Shown here one piece after another: positions 10,970-21,290 of a stretch of 64,000 bases of DNA. The position numbers were made by a program, and so were the translations under genes. The stretch lies in the IMG/VR virus record IMGVR_UViG_2974513524_000001, positions 10,896 through 74,895 of that record; one strand, given 5' to 3'. Numbering within the stretch: position 1 is the first letter of the stretch; each line of letters begins with the position of its first letter. A model generated the notes under the pieces. That model was not told where the DNA came from, made no database searches, and saw only the letters and a list, made by a program, of their open reading frames with translations. The DNA comes from a virus (taxonomy: Duplodnaviria; Caudoviricetes).

Positions 10970-11719
10970 CTACGCCTCGATACCGTCCAATACTTTGGTT
11001 ACTGCACGCCCGATAGTGGCATCGCTCAACTTGTTCGTTTCGTCGGCAATAGTGCCTTCATCTGTAGTACGACGAATGTTCCAAGTATCAATGAGCATTT
11101 TGGCAGCTTTTTGCTCGGCATCTCGTTTGAAGCCGTCAGTTTGGGCCTTATACAGGGCTTTCTGACGACCGATTACAGAGTTCTCATCGATACCGATATC
11201 AACTGTTTGAGCTTTCTCTGTAGCAATCTTCTGCTGTACGAGCGAAGTCTGAGCAGTAGTTTGCAGTTTCTGGACCATAGTTAGGTCATATTGTGCTTTA
11301 AGCAAGCATTGCTGAGCCAACAGAGAGTCATTCTCGGTAATGATGTTGACTGTTTCTGCTCGTACCTTAGCGGCTTGGGCTTCCAACAAATCACGAGTGA
11401 GCAGCTCGCGATCAATTTCCTTTTGAAGCAATTCAGCTTGTAGCTTGGTGAGATCAATTTGTGCTTGAACCAAGAGAGCTTTATTCGCTGCCTCATCCTT
11501 CTGCAAGAGGAACACAGAGGAGTTCTGTAGCACATACTGCATCGCAGTGAGGTAGACCTGAGCGTAATCCTGACCCTTGATGCGGTTCTTATCGAACTCC
11601 CGCTGGACGTGTAGCCCAGCGGTTTCCATCAGTACGTCAAAGACCCCAGTGCCTCCGATCTTACCCTCGGTAAGATCTTTCAGTGTAATCAGCGGAACTG
11701 TGACAACTGGGTCGGCCAT
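10970..11719 (-). CDS. Structural protein (N4 gp54-like)
   Basis: GTGVFDVLM...RIKGQDYAQVY N-terminus and coiled coil; synteny. Confidence 0.8.
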   Translation of the reverse strand: MADPVVTVPLITLKDLTEGKIGGTGVFDVLMETAGLHVQREFDKNRIKGQDYAQVYLTAMQYVLQNSSVFLLQKDEAANKALLVQAQIDLTKLQAELLQKEIDRELLTRDLLEAQAAKVRAETVNIITENDSLLAQQCLLKAQYDLTMVQKLQTTAQTSLVQQKIATEKAQTVDIGIDENSVIGRQKALYKAQTDGFKRDAEQKAAKMLIDTWNIRRTTDEGTIADETNKLSDATIGRAVTKVLDGIEA

Positions 11720-11722
11720 TTA

Positions 11723-12433
11723 TCAATCCTCGTCGGCTTGAGTACCAGCAGCCATGGCTTGACGTTGGGCCAGTTCTTTCAGCTCTTTCTCAGTCAGCGG
11801 TGGCAGGATTGCAATTTGTAGTTCCTTGATGGTACGTGGAGTCTTCACTTCCTGGCCGGTTTGACGGTCTTTACGAGTGGTGAAGATCTGGCACTTACGT
11901 TCTTCCATGACGTTCAGCAGAGCTTGCTCAACGTGCCAATCAGTATTGAACGGTACATAACGTTTGATCGTACCGATCACGCCATTACCTACACAGTAGG
12001 TGTCACCTTCCCATTCCTTACGGAAAGGGTTCATGTTCATGACGTTGACACGTACCAGTTTGGTAGCTTCTTTGCGCAGACGATAGCGCTTAGCTTCTTT
12101 GGTTTCCTGCACGGCAGCAGCCAGTACAGTAGTAGCCAAATCCGAAGCCAGCTTGGTATCAGCTACAGCTTGTTCCAGTGCTTCTTTGGTGATCAATGGA
12201 GTCTGCTCGTTAATCAGTGCAGAAGGAGCAGGAATTTCTTCGACTGGTTCTTCAACAGGGGTTTCTTGAACAACGGCGGGAGCAGGGAAGGCAGCATCAA
12301 TGCGCTCTTTCAGCTTCTCCAGGCCAATGTTTGGATGGAATTCAATGCCGAGACCGGTTGCGTACTCTTTGAGTTTATCCAGTTCGGTCTGTTCTACTTC
12401 TTCTACTACAGGAGTTTCAGTTACTTCGGTCAT
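11723..12433 (-). CDS. N4 gp55-like protein
   Basis: LGIEFHPNIGLEKLKERI and LPPLTEKELKELAQRQ segments; directly downstream of the capsid gene. Confidence 0.8.
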   Translation of the reverse strand: MTEVTETPVVEEVEQTELDKLKEYATGLGIEFHPNIGLEKLKERIDAAFPAPAVVQETPVEEPVEEIPAPSALINEQTPLITKEALEQAVADTKLASDLATTVLAAAVQETKEAKRYRLRKEATKLVRVNVMNMNPFRKEWEGDTYCVGNGVIGTIKRYVPFNTDWHVEQALLNVMEERKCQIFTTRKDRQTGQEVKTPRTIKELQIAILPPLTEKELKELAQRQAMAAGTQADED

Positions 12434-12455
12434 TTGGGTATTCCTTAGGGTAGGC

Positions 12456-12481
12456 AAAGAAGGGGCAGACTAGCTGCCCCC
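12456..12481 (-). terminator. Terminator after major capsid gene
   Basis: Minus strand GGGGCAG-CTAGT-CTGCCCC followed by TTCTTT. Confidence 0.7.
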
Positions 12482-12490
12482 TCAGTTAGC

Positions 12491-13681
12491 TTAGATGAAA
12501 GCCAGGGTCTTGATGATACCGATGCGTTCTGGACGCAGGACCATGAAGCCGTAGTACCACTTGATGGACATGAAGCCCATTTCGCCGTACGGGTCCAGAC
12601 GGTCCGCAGTTTCACGGCCTGGTTTCTTGCTGGTGATCACAAACTTGGTGGTCTTGCCATCAGTTTGGAAGCCAATGGTGGTGAACGACTCGTTACCGAT
12701 AGTCAGCATCGGGAACACGTCGTAGTTCGCACCGTTGTCGTAGTGGCTAGCATCGCCAGCTTCTACAGCAGCACCAGCGCCACCCCACTTGAACATCTGC
12801 GGAACAATGACGATGCGGAATGGGCCGATAGAGCCGATCTCGCCAGTCAGGGTGTTACCAGCAGCTGCGTACTTCTCGATGGATACGAAAGCTGGAACGC
12901 CGTGCAGATCTTTCATCGCCAACAGAGTTGGGATCAGTTCCGAACCGCAGTACAGCACACGGGCACCCATGATGGTGCGAGTGTCGATCATGCGAGAGCC
13001 AGTGATCATGGTGATCTTACGTGGCGACAGGTTCTCAGTCAGGGTGATATCCAGACGGATCAGGTCATCGTAAGTAACTACATCACCTTTGGTCAACTGG
13101 TTGGTAGCAGTAGCACCACCAGCGAAGCGGATCACACCAGCAGCGTTCAGCAAGTCGATCTGAAGCAGTGCTTCAGTCATCTCGTTGGCGCCGTTCACCA
13201 TTTCACGGGTGATGTGCATATCCAGCTCAGCATCGCTATCGAAATCCAGCGATTCCTGAGTGTATTCGCGGAAGAAGCCGTACTTCTCAAGCGAACCTTC
13301 GATCATCTTCCGGGTGAAACCAACACGGTTTACTCGGCCACCGACTTCAGTCAGCAGAGGCATTTTGCCTGGGATTACACCAACGTCCTTGCTGGAACCC
13401 CACAGGTTACCGTTAGCAATGACTGCACCGTTCGCATCAATACCTTGGTCGTTGATGTTACGGTCGTCGAGCAGTGGCATGTAGTGGTACTTGGTGATCT
13501 TCTTGCCGTAGTGTTTCGGCATGTCGGTCACGTCAGCCAGTTGGCTGAAGTACTGTTCTTTACGGGCTTCGATCAGCGCCGTCTTCTGGTGGTACTCGGT
13601 ATAAGCCTGAGGACCAATCGAGGAAGGCGAGCCTGGAGGGGCGTTGTACTTACCCGGTTTGTAGGTATCTGGAGCAGCCAT
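12491..13681 (-). CDS. Major capsid protein (N4 gp56 family)
   Basis: 396 aa; [18 protein letters not shown] and [16 protein letters not shown] motifs of the N4-gp56 family. Confidence 0.95.
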   Translation of the reverse strand: MAAPDTYKPGKYNAPPGSPSSIGPQAYTEYHQKTALIEARKEQYFSQLADVTDMPKHYGKKITKYHYMPLLDDRNINDQGIDANGAVIANGNLWGSSKDVGVIPGKMPLLTEVGGRVNRVGFTRKMIEGSLEKYGFFREYTQESLDFDSDAELDMHITREMVNGANEMTEALLQIDLLNAAGVIRFAGGATATNQLTKGDVVTYDDLIRLDITLTENLSPRKITMITGSRMIDTRTIMGARVLYCGSELIPTLLAMKDLHGVPAFVSIEKYAAAGNTLTGEIGSIGPFRIVIVPQMFKWGGAGAAVEAGDASHYDNGANYDVFPMLTIGNESFTTIGFQTDGKTTKFVITSKKPGRETADRLDPYGEMGFMSIKWYYGFMVLRPERIGIIKTLAFI

Positions 13682-13696
13682 TTGAATCTCCTAGTT

Positions 13697-14866
13697 TTAA
13701 TATGTTTCTTTGGCTAGTTTTTCGAATTCTTCGTCCGAAAGTGCCAATGGATTGAATGACGGTTTTGCAGACTTCCCAGTAGGGGTTGTCTTTGCCGGAG
13801 CGGCTGCTGCTTTCGCTGCTGCGACTGCCGGATCTACAGGCTTCGGAGCCTTTGGTTGTACAACTACTGGAGGCTTCTCGACAGCTGGCGTCTTTTGCAG
13901 GTGGTTGAAGGCTCCCTTCTCAGCGAGATGCTTGCCAACTGCGTCATATGCCTGAATGTCGTTCAGACCTTTCAGATTGCCCAACACTTTCTGCTTTGCA
14001 AGTTCCGCTTGGATCACATCGAAGACGCCGGATTCTACCTGCTCTGCGAAGTGCATAAGCACATGCGGATTCTTGATAATCAGTTGCTTAGAAGCGTTGT
14101 CGATCTGGTTGCCAGCGAAATTGATAACTCGGTCGTAAGCTGGTGTCTGCTTAAGTTCAGACATTACATCTTCGAGTGCGGTCTCAGTCTCACTAAGTCC
14201 ATATTGATCGGGCTTATACGCTGCAACTTGCTTGTCATCGATATCCAGCAGGTCAACGCCAGAATCTTTAACAAGTTTCGCGATAGCTTCAGGCTTTTTC
14301 TTATACAAGTCAATAAGTTCATTGATCTTGTTTGGATCAAGCAAGCCTTCGCGTTCCAAAGTACGCACAATGTTCAGACTTGGCTTTAAGCCAGCCATCT
14401 TATCGTGGTAATTCAGACCTTTTTGTGCGAGCTGAATAGCTTCTTCCACAGAAGAGATTTGTAGAGTGCGACCGCTAGCTTTAATCGGCGCAAAGAGCTT
14501 AGCCAACTGGTCTTCAGCAGAGACGACAGGAGCTTGTTCAACTTCTGGAACCTTACCAGTAGTTTCCTTGCCTTGGTCGGCAGTGGGCTCGGGCTTAACA
14601 TCAGCTGTAGCCTCCACTGGCTTAACTGGTTGAGACTGATCGTCATCAACATCGTCAGGGTCATCAACATTATCTGCTGGTTGCTGATCGGCAGGCTTAT
14701 TACCTTGTTCTTGTTCTTCTTCAACATGTTGGTCGTCATCTTGGACAACCTCCGGTTGTTCTTGGGGCGGTTGCTCTACTGGTTTTTCAGCAGGAGCTTC
14801 GTCAAAAGACTGTGGACCCAGCGCCAGCAAGTCTTCGTCAGACATTGCGAGGATGTTTTTGTCCAT
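13697..14866 (-). CDS. N4 gp57-like protein (scaffold or 'tape measure'-annotated)
   Basis: Acidic N-terminus, MSDED/LSDEEF termini, AQKGLNY motif; synteny. Confidence 0.8.
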   Translation of the reverse strand: MDKNILAMSDEDLLALGPQSFDEAPAEKPVEQPPQEQPEVVQDDDQHVEEEQEQGNKPADQQPADNVDDPDDVDDDQSQPVKPVEATADVKPEPTADQGKETTGKVPEVEQAPVVSAEDQLAKLFAPIKASGRTLQISSVEEAIQLAQKGLNYHDKMAGLKPSLNIVRTLEREGLLDPNKINELIDLYKKKPEAIAKLVKDSGVDLLDIDDKQVAAYKPDQYGLSETETALEDVMSELKQTPAYDRVINFAGNQIDNASKQLIIKNPHVLMHFAEQVESGVFDVIQAELAKQKVLGNLKGLNDIQAYDAVGKHLAEKGAFNHLQKTPAVEKPPVVVQPKAPKPVDPAVAAAKAAAAPAKTTPTGKSAKPSFNPLALSDEEFEKLAKETY

Positions 14867-14872
14867 GGTTTG

Positions 14873-15208
14873 TTACTCCGAGATTTCTTGACGGGCCAAT
14901 TCTTGTTCAGCTTCGTAGTTAGCTAGCTGTACACGAACGTCTTGCCCAACGAGGTTGATAGTGCGGAACCAGGAAACCAAACCAGCAATCATGTCGAGAT
15001 CCTTAACGATCTTGGCACGAGCTTCTTCGGATTGGTGGGCTGGGTCTGCCAGAAGATGTGCGAGTCGCACAGGTTCTTGTTGGAACAGTTTCTTTTCGAT
15101 GAGATGGAGGAAGTCACGGTTCTTATACAAACGATCCAATGCCTCAGAGTCTTTGGCAATTGTCTTGGCTGTATCGATTTGCAGTTGAATTTGTTGGACG
15201 TCGTTCAT
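14873..15208 (-). CDS. N4 gp58-like hypothetical protein
   Basis: ALDRLYKNRDF segment; lies between portal and gp57. Confidence 0.75.
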   Translation of the reverse strand: MNDVQQIQLQIDTAKTIAKDSEALDRLYKNRDFLHLIEKKLFQQEPVRLAHLLADPAHQSEEARAKIVKDLDMIAGLVSWFRTINLVGQDVRVQLANYEAEQELARQEISE

Positions 15209-15229
15209 TTCTATTCCTGTTAAGTGGTA

Positions 15230-15262
15230 TATGGCCACAAGAGTGTGTGGCCATACTATATC
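15230..15262 (-). promoter_or_regulatory. Inverted repeat plus -10-like element upstream of the capsid operon
   Basis: Perfect 10-bp stem TATGGCCACA/TGTGGCCATA; TATAGT on the minus strand just upstream. Confidence 0.4.
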
Positions 15263-15276
15263 GTGTGATTATCGGT

Positions 15277-17427
15277 TTAGCTACTTGGTTTTGCCATTTG
15301 CCCAGGTTCGTTTTGTCGTACTACCGACTCAACTACCTTCAAAGCAGCCTGAGATTCAGCTTGTGCACGCGTAGATTGCAGGTTTCGCTCTTGAGTTACA
15401 CCTGTGGATTGTTCTACGAAGTCCAAGTTTGTCTTATCGGCAGAGGCATCCAGTGCCTTAGCTTTAGCAACCTCAGTACCCTGTTTAACAGTGCTGAGAT
15501 TAGCACCTGCACCAAAGGATGCAGCTCGTGCGTACTCTGTAGCAATCTGAGCTTCAAGCAACTTGATCTCTAGCTGAGCTTTCGCTTCAGCAAGCGGATC
15601 TGGAGTTGGCTGGAAATCCATAATTTTCTTGGCTACGTCAGGCATCTTACGAAGCTTGGCAATATCAGCCATAACCATCTTGGTCAGATCGATACCCATT
15701 ACTGGACCAGCAGTTTGCAGAATGAAAGCCAGCTCTTGAGCTTTGGCGTTATCTTCTTCAGCAGTGCTGATAGTCAATGCAAGGTCGAATGCACCTTCCA
15801 AGTCATCGCGTCGTACGGTGGTGAAGTGTTCGTTAGTAATACGGACCACTTCTTCCTCATCAAGCCAAGCTTGGTTCATGGCAATGATCTTACGACCTAC
15901 CTTAACCACGCCAGACGAGATACGACGGAGCAAACCAAGTTCACGCTTGGATGCAGCGTCCAACGCACCACGAATACCTGTTGCAGTGTCACCAAGAGCC
16001 TGTCCTGCGATACCAGTACTGAATGCTTTCACACCAGTAATGGATTCAGCTTCAAGGTTGTTGGTGTTGATCATGTATTCCGCGCTGGACGGAATGTTTG
16101 GGAACTCGTGTTGGTGGATAGCAGCTCGTGGATCTGCACCTGGGTTCCATTCGTAGTCTTCACCACGCTCAAACTTGCGTCGGTTGACCGTATCCAGTGT
16201 ACCTTTCATTACACCAGTCTGGCCGTTGGCAGATTTGGCGAAACTATCGATCAAACCACGGGTTACTGCACCAACTACCTTCTGATTATCAATCAGTAGT
16301 GAACCATCAGATTCACCGTAGATGCTATTACGCACTGGCAAGTACGGAATAGTCACAAATGGCAGCTGTTTATCAGGGAATGGGTTTTCTTCCATCCGAA
16401 TCTTGATATCACCTACCCATGTAGCCACAAATGGCTTAACAATCCCGCTGCCATCAATGTCACGGAAGCCCCAGTACTCGTAAACAATGAATTTACGGCG
16501 TGCCTTGTCCTTGAAATTGAAGTTTTTAGTGCCAGTAGAGGTAGGTGCATAGTCAGGTTCACCCAAAATCGACTGGTTTTCAGCGTTGATGTACTCCAAA
16601 TTGCTATATCGACCGTCTGCTTTCAGGTCAGACAGCGAACTTTCCCATTTGTGGATCACAAATTGGGCTTTGTTAATGTCTCCAGCAGCAGATGGATCAA
16701 TGATGATGTTCCGATAGTCACAAACCTCCACAGTTGGCTGGTTTTTGATCGTCTTTTCCACCTCAATAGGGGTGTAAGACGTGACTAACGGCACATGAAT
16801 CATGTCAGTCTCCACACTTGCAGTGTGTGCAGCGCGCCATTCTTCAGGTAACTCGTTGTATTGGCTAGGACTTTGCTTGAACAGCTGGTCAATGGCCATG
16901 ATTTGTTCTTCACCGGCTGGATCAGGAACAATCGTGTACACAGGTTGCTGTTCAGTGACAGTTTCAGTCCGATATTCCCAACCAGTTTTGAGAATCGCAG
17001 TACCTTCATCCACCGCAGCACGAACCAAGTTGTCGATAAACACTTGTTTATCCAACCGGTTGTTGAACTGGTGGTTAAGTACCAGACTATTCTGGATCGC
17101 AGCTTCACGATCTTCCCAAGTAACTGGCTTGACCTCGAAAATGTCAGGCGAAGAAAGGAAAGGCTCACTCAGGTTGGTGTAACGCCATTCGGCTTGCTTG
17201 CGAATGAGCTTAGGCTGAACGCTAGACCGGTTAGGTTCTGGCTTCAGTTTCTGAGCATCACGGATAAACAGATGATCAAGCCATTCAGAGATCTGAGTTA
17301 CTTGTGCATCGTGCGAAGATCGGGCATCTTCGTAATCCGCCTTCAGCTCTTTGAGCGTAGGCTCTTTCGCCCACTCTGTGAGCTTGTTGTCCTCCTGCCC
17401 AGGAGGTAGTTCCATTGTTTCGGCCAT
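15277..17427 (-). CDS. Portal protein (N4 gp59-like)
   Basis: 716 aa; PKLIRKQAEWRY, VYEYWG and EENPFPD motifs. Confidence 0.93.
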   Translation of the reverse strand: MAETMELPPGQEDNKLTEWAKEPTLKELKADYEDARSSHDAQVTQISEWLDHLFIRDAQKLKPEPNRSSVQPKLIRKQAEWRYTNLSEPFLSSPDIFEVKPVTWEDREAAIQNSLVLNHQFNNRLDKQVFIDNLVRAAVDEGTAILKTGWEYRTETVTEQQPVYTIVPDPAGEEQIMAIDQLFKQSPSQYNELPEEWRAAHTASVETDMIHVPLVTSYTPIEVEKTIKNQPTVEVCDYRNIIIDPSAAGDINKAQFVIHKWESSLSDLKADGRYSNLEYINAENQSILGEPDYAPTSTGTKNFNFKDKARRKFIVYEYWGFRDIDGSGIVKPFVATWVGDIKIRMEENPFPDKQLPFVTIPYLPVRNSIYGESDGSLLIDNQKVVGAVTRGLIDSFAKSANGQTGVMKGTLDTVNRRKFERGEDYEWNPGADPRAAIHQHEFPNIPSSAEYMINTNNLEAESITGVKAFSTGIAGQALGDTATGIRGALDAASKRELGLLRRISSGVVKVGRKIIAMNQAWLDEEEVVRITNEHFTTVRRDDLEGAFDLALTISTAEEDNAKAQELAFILQTAGPVMGIDLTKMVMADIAKLRKMPDVAKKIMDFQPTPDPLAEAKAQLEIKLLEAQIATEYARAASFGAGANLSTVKQGTEVAKAKALDASADKTNLDFVEQSTGVTQERNLQSTRAQAESQAALKVVESVVRQNEPGQMAKPSS

Positions 17428-17461
17428 TTCGTGGTCCTATTAATCAAGTGAGACAATCATA

Positions 17462-17896
17462 ATGCAATTCAAGAAACTACACGCTAACTTCCAACTGCCT
17501 CAACGTAGCTCTGAGCAGGCTGGTGGTTATGATCTGTTCATGCCAGAAGCTGGTATCGTGCATCAACACGACATTCCAGATCAGGGCAAGTTGGTAGGAC
17601 TGGGCTTTTCAGCAGCAGTACCTACTGGTTTTGTTGCGCTTATACTCCCACGTTCTGGCGCTGGTGCCAAACACGGAGTAGAACTACGTAACACCGTTGG
17701 TGTAATTGACGCCGACTACCGTGGTGAATGGATGGTTGCTGTTAAAACCAAAGGTGGTACTGAATTCGGTTGGGCCGAGGGCGAACGCCTGTTCCAATAC
17801 GTACTTGTACCAGCAGGTATCAGCGAGCCAGTGCTTGTAGAAGAACTGGATGCTACTGCACGTGGTGAAGGTGGTTTCGGGAGTTCAGGCAAATGA
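17462..17896 (+). CDS. dut: Trimeric dUTPase
   Basis: AGGYDL, PRSG, GVIDADYRGE and RGEGGFGSSG motifs. Confidence 0.95.
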   Translation: MQFKKLHANFQLPQRSSEQAGGYDLFMPEAGIVHQHDIPDQGKLVGLGFSAAVPTGFVALILPRSGAGAKHGVELRNTVGVIDADYRGEWMVAVKTKGGTEFGWAEGERLFQYVLVPAGISEPVLVEELDATARGEGGFGSSGK

Positions 17897-18051
17897 GTAC
17901 TGATCGGGCTATTGCAGACATTCTATCCTCGCTGACAGCATTCAAACGGTATCTGGACAAAGGCCATGTTGATTCAGCACTGGTCTACTTGGACTCCACT
18001 ACCGAGAAGCTCCAAGCCTTGAAACAAAAACTGGAAGAAGCCAATGATTAA
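17893..18051 (+). CDS. Small hypothetical protein (52 aa, MSTDRAIADILSS...)
   Basis: Hand-translated; ATGA overlap with the dut stop and overlap with the next start. Confidence 0.6.
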   Translation: MSTDRAIADILSSLTAFKRYLDKGHVDSALVYLDSTTEKLQALKQKLEEAND

Positions 18052-18340
18052 GGTTCAACGAACCAGTCCAGTGTATCTGGCTATCCAGTACACCGGTAAC
18101 ATCGAAGAACTACAGACTGCTTTGGCAGACATCAAAGTAAAAACCCGTGTCACCTCGCATCAGCGTATTGGTGATGACGAAGCTTTGTATGCCATGGTGG
18201 AGTTTGACGGCCAGGACCAGCCTACTTTTGTACAGAAAGGTGAATGGCTGTTGTTCAATGAAGCCAGCAACAATCTTGTGAGTACTATCTCACAATATGG
18301 TTTCAGCTTCGCTTTCAAGGAGGTTACCAATGAAACCTAA
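18044..18340 (+). CDS. Hypothetical protein
   Basis: 98 aa ORF, translationally coupled; AIQYTG...GEWLL pattern. Confidence 0.65.
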   Translation: MIKVQRTSPVYLAIQYTGNIEELQTALADIKVKTRVTSHQRIGDDEALYAMVEFDGQDQPTFVQKGEWLLFNEASNNLVSTISQYGFSFAFKEVTNET

Positions 18341-18448
18341 TGACGAACACGACGCTTTGATTTAAAGTAGCGTCGGACACCAAAGTATTCCTAACGGGAT
18401 GTTGTAAACATAGTGATTCAAAATGCCGGGAGCGGCGAGCGTCATAAT

Positions 18449-18475
18449 AAGGGGACCAGAAATGGTCCCCTTTTC
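18449..18475. terminator. Terminator between convergent genes
   Basis: GGGGACCA-GAAA-TGGTCCCC followed by TTTT, preceded by AATAA. Confidence 0.75.
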
Positions 18476-18481
18476 TATTTC

Positions 18482-19207
18482 TTACGGGAAGCCTTTTTGA
18501 CGGCGCTTCCAGTTATCAGCTACATCATCGATATCAGTACCATCAGCTTCCAAGCGTTGGCACTCGGCAAGGTACTTGCCCCAGTAGTTGTTACCCTCGT
18601 GCACTGTCTCAGGGCCAAAGCCCTGTGGGTTGTGCAAGCGACTGGCTACGAACAAGCACAGTGCATGCATGTACACGTAGTCCAATTCTACGTAGATGGT
18701 TTCAAAGTCTGTCTCCCAGTTATTACACGACTGCAAGAGATCAGCATTCATTCGATACGTGACAAACAGTTCACGTACACCACGATCATTCCAATGAGCT
18801 TCAGGCACACCGAGTACGTGAGTACTTTGGGTGTAGACACTAAAGCGTCCGTCATGACCATTGAGGCTGAGTTGTCGCCCGTGGTAGTCGGTAACCTCTG
18901 TGATCTTTAACAGGTTTTGTTTAACCCGCGTACCTTCTGCATCAATGAACTGCACAGTACCTGGTGGTGCTGGGTTACCTTCTTGGAACATAGGCAGAAT
19001 AGGGTAGGTCACCTGCCCAGGAATCAAGTTGATCTTGATCTTACCTTTCTTGAGCAAGAATCGCGTATGCAGATCTGTCAAAGCCAAGTTGATACTGGTG
19101 CGCAGCTTAGCTTGGTGCTCTACCTTCAGCTTACCCAATTCATCGAACAGGGAAAGGTTGTTAAGCTCCCCTGCTTGTAGCGTAGTGAGAATATCACTGA
19201 GTTTCAT
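18482..19207 (-). CDS. Head-tail adaptor / 30 kDa virion protein (N4 gp67-like)
   Basis: INLALTDLHTRF and ALCLFVASR segments; next to terminase. Confidence 0.8.
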   Translation of the reverse strand: MKLSDILTTLQAGELNNLSLFDELGKLKVEHQAKLRTSINLALTDLHTRFLLKKGKIKINLIPGQVTYPILPMFQEGNPAPPGTVQFIDAEGTRVKQNLLKITEVTDYHGRQLSLNGHDGRFSVYTQSTHVLGVPEAHWNDRGVRELFVTYRMNADLLQSCNNWETDFETIYVELDYVYMHALCLFVASRLHNPQGFGPETVHEGNNYWGKYLAECQRLEADGTDIDDVADNWKRRQKGFP

Positions 19208-19209
19208 AT

Positions 19210-20850
19210 CTACCCTCCGAGGTAGCTCTTAAGTGGGGATGGATTATCTGTAGGTTTGCTGGCACCCCAGTAACCGCCGAAGTCATTGTACTCCAGATCC
19301 TCAGAGCCACTCGGTGCAAATGGTTTCATTACACTGAGCATACTGATCGTATCCAAGAAGTCATCTTTCTTGGAACGGAAGCCAGAAGGCGAGGCCAGTG
19401 ATACCTCGTTGTACATCTCCAGCATGATTGGCTGTTGCTGCTTCTCTTTAGGGAAGTAGATCTTCTTCAGCTTGAACAACGGAACCACTGTGTGGAATCG
19501 TTGAATCTTGTTCGTCAGTGGTCGAATACCCGGCGAGTTGCTATTGCTATCTGAAGCCAGATTGAAATAGATATTACGACGGTTCATCTCAGACATAATC
19601 CAGTCAACGAACGCACCTTGCTGACCAGACACCTCAATGCCTACAGACATTGGCTTCCACTTGGAAACAAAGGTGAATAGATCATTAATGTTTGAGTTCA
19701 TGTCCTGTCGAACACATACCCCGTCACACCAAAACCAGTCGCCATTATTGTTGTACGCCCATACGCTGATCACCGAGAAGTCGTTAGCTGTCTTGCTTGT
19801 AGTAGCGAAGTCAGTGGTGATGTAGAAGTTAAAGTTGCTTCGGTTCTCAAAGAAATTTCGAGACTGGTACCACTGGATATCACTATCCAGAACCATACGA
19901 TCTTCATCCGACATGATTCGCAGCATAAGTTCTTGGTTGAATGTATCGACCTTGCCGGCTAGCACAGACTTACGATACTTCTCTTCAACGTGTCGGTAGT
20001 TGAAACGATCAGGCCACGCCCCCACGAATTCATCTTCGTTGACGGGGAAGGACTCGCATACCGGGTACACGTTTACTTCCCACGCCCCACTTTCTACTGC
20101 TTTGTACAGTGGATCTTTTGCGTTAAAGGGGGTACCAGACCATACAATCATGTTCTTCTTAGGGTGAAGCGCGTAATCAATAGCCTTGTACACAGTATCC
20201 TCAATAGAGGCGATTACTGTAGCGGATCGTGCATCTTCATCGGATAGTAAGTCATCGAGTACTGCAAGTTGTGGTCGAGTACCCTGCTCTTTACTACCCC
20301 GGACCCCTGTCTTGGCACCGTAGCCTTTGATGATGAATGTGTTCCCCATAATATTGGTGAACTCCCAGCGAATGTCTGTGAACTTGACGCCATCGCTGCC
20401 ATCCTTCTTCTTCTTGGGCAAATACTTCTGTAAAAACGCGGAGTTCTCCCAACGATACTCCAAGTTCTTACGCATGTTCTTCACGCCGTTCTCAATAGAG
20501 TCCGATACGTACAGTGCTAGGTTGATCTTGCCAAACCCCGGCAGCTTCCCGTACACAGCGATGTACAGAAACAAATACTCGCCAAGCACAGTGGTCTTGC
20601 CAGAACCCCGGAACACCATGTTGGCAATACGTCGTTGATCACTGTCATTACTGACTAGTGTGTCCAACATCCGCATATGTAGTACAGGTGTCTTGTTTTC
20701 CTCACCTTCGCCTCCGTTCACCAGCTTGATAAACGTAATGAACTCCAAAGCAAACAGACTCGGAACATAATCCGGGTCTTCTTTGTAGTCTACATTACGT
20801 AACCATTCCTCAACCGTAGGGAAGATCTGGTCTTCTAGAGCTGTGCTCAT
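19210..20850 (-). CDS. Terminase large subunit (N4 gp68-like)
   Basis: FRGSGKTT Walker A, LAVLDDLL Walker B, TTDFA and DDFLDTISML nuclease motifs. Confidence 0.95.
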   Translation of the reverse strand: MSTALEDQIFPTVEEWLRNVDYKEDPDYVPSLFALEFITFIKLVNGGEGEENKTPVLHMRMLDTLVSNDSDQRRIANMVFRGSGKTTVLGEYLFLYIAVYGKLPGFGKINLALYVSDSIENGVKNMRKNLEYRWENSAFLQKYLPKKKKDGSDGVKFTDIRWEFTNIMGNTFIIKGYGAKTGVRGSKEQGTRPQLAVLDDLLSDEDARSATVIASIEDTVYKAIDYALHPKKNMIVWSGTPFNAKDPLYKAVESGAWEVNVYPVCESFPVNEDEFVGAWPDRFNYRHVEEKYRKSVLAGKVDTFNQELMLRIMSDEDRMVLDSDIQWYQSRNFFENRSNFNFYITTDFATTSKTANDFSVISVWAYNNNGDWFWCDGVCVRQDMNSNINDLFTFVSKWKPMSVGIEVSGQQGAFVDWIMSEMNRRNIYFNLASDSNSNSPGIRPLTNKIQRFHTVVPLFKLKKIYFPKEKQQQPIMLEMYNEVSLASPSGFRSKKDDFLDTISMLSVMKPFAPSGSEDLEYNDFGGYWGASKPTDNPSPLKSYLGG

Positions 20851-21290
20851 TTCTTCTCCCCGAGACCCCAAAATTTCTTATAGCCCCCCTCGGCATACGC
20901 CTTGGCTTCGTCCTCAGTCTTGAAACTACGATACTCACCAGACTTCATGGCGTACTCAAAAGCGTCACGATCACCCAACTCCACAAGCTCATTGGCTTTC
21001 TTGGGTTGCACGATAGTTGGATACGCTACATAACGCCCATCAGTCTCACCATATGCCATACGATGTGTAGACACACTACCGTCGTCATTGGGTATTGCAG
21101 GATATTCATTTGGTTTCAGTACCCGCTTCTCAAAGTTCAGCTTGGTATTGAGATCAATAGTCGGACTTTGAATCCGACTACCTCCATCACGAATCTGATT
21201 GTCTTCCTCAGTACCCCACTTGGCCAACATACCAAGAGGCTTATCGTCATCTTCTACCAGCCCAGTAGGGCGCCATTGGTTAGGAGTCAT
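20847..21290 (-). CDS. Hypothetical protein
   Basis: 147 aa ORF coupled to both neighbours. Confidence 0.7.
   Translation of the reverse strand: MTPNQWRPTGLVEDDDKPLGMLAKWGTEEDNQIRDGGSRIQSPTIDLNTKLNFEKRVLKPNEYPAIPNDDGSVSTHRMAYGETDGRYVAYPTIVQPKKANELVELGDRDAFEYAMKSGEYRSFKTEDEAKAYAEGGYKKFWGLGEKK

Noticed and set aside
12665-13717. 350-aa plus-strand ORF
   Set aside because: Antisense to the major capsid gene
18340-18445. Possible tRNA
   Set aside because: No canonical D/T-loop signatures or CCA end; kept only as an ncRNA candidate
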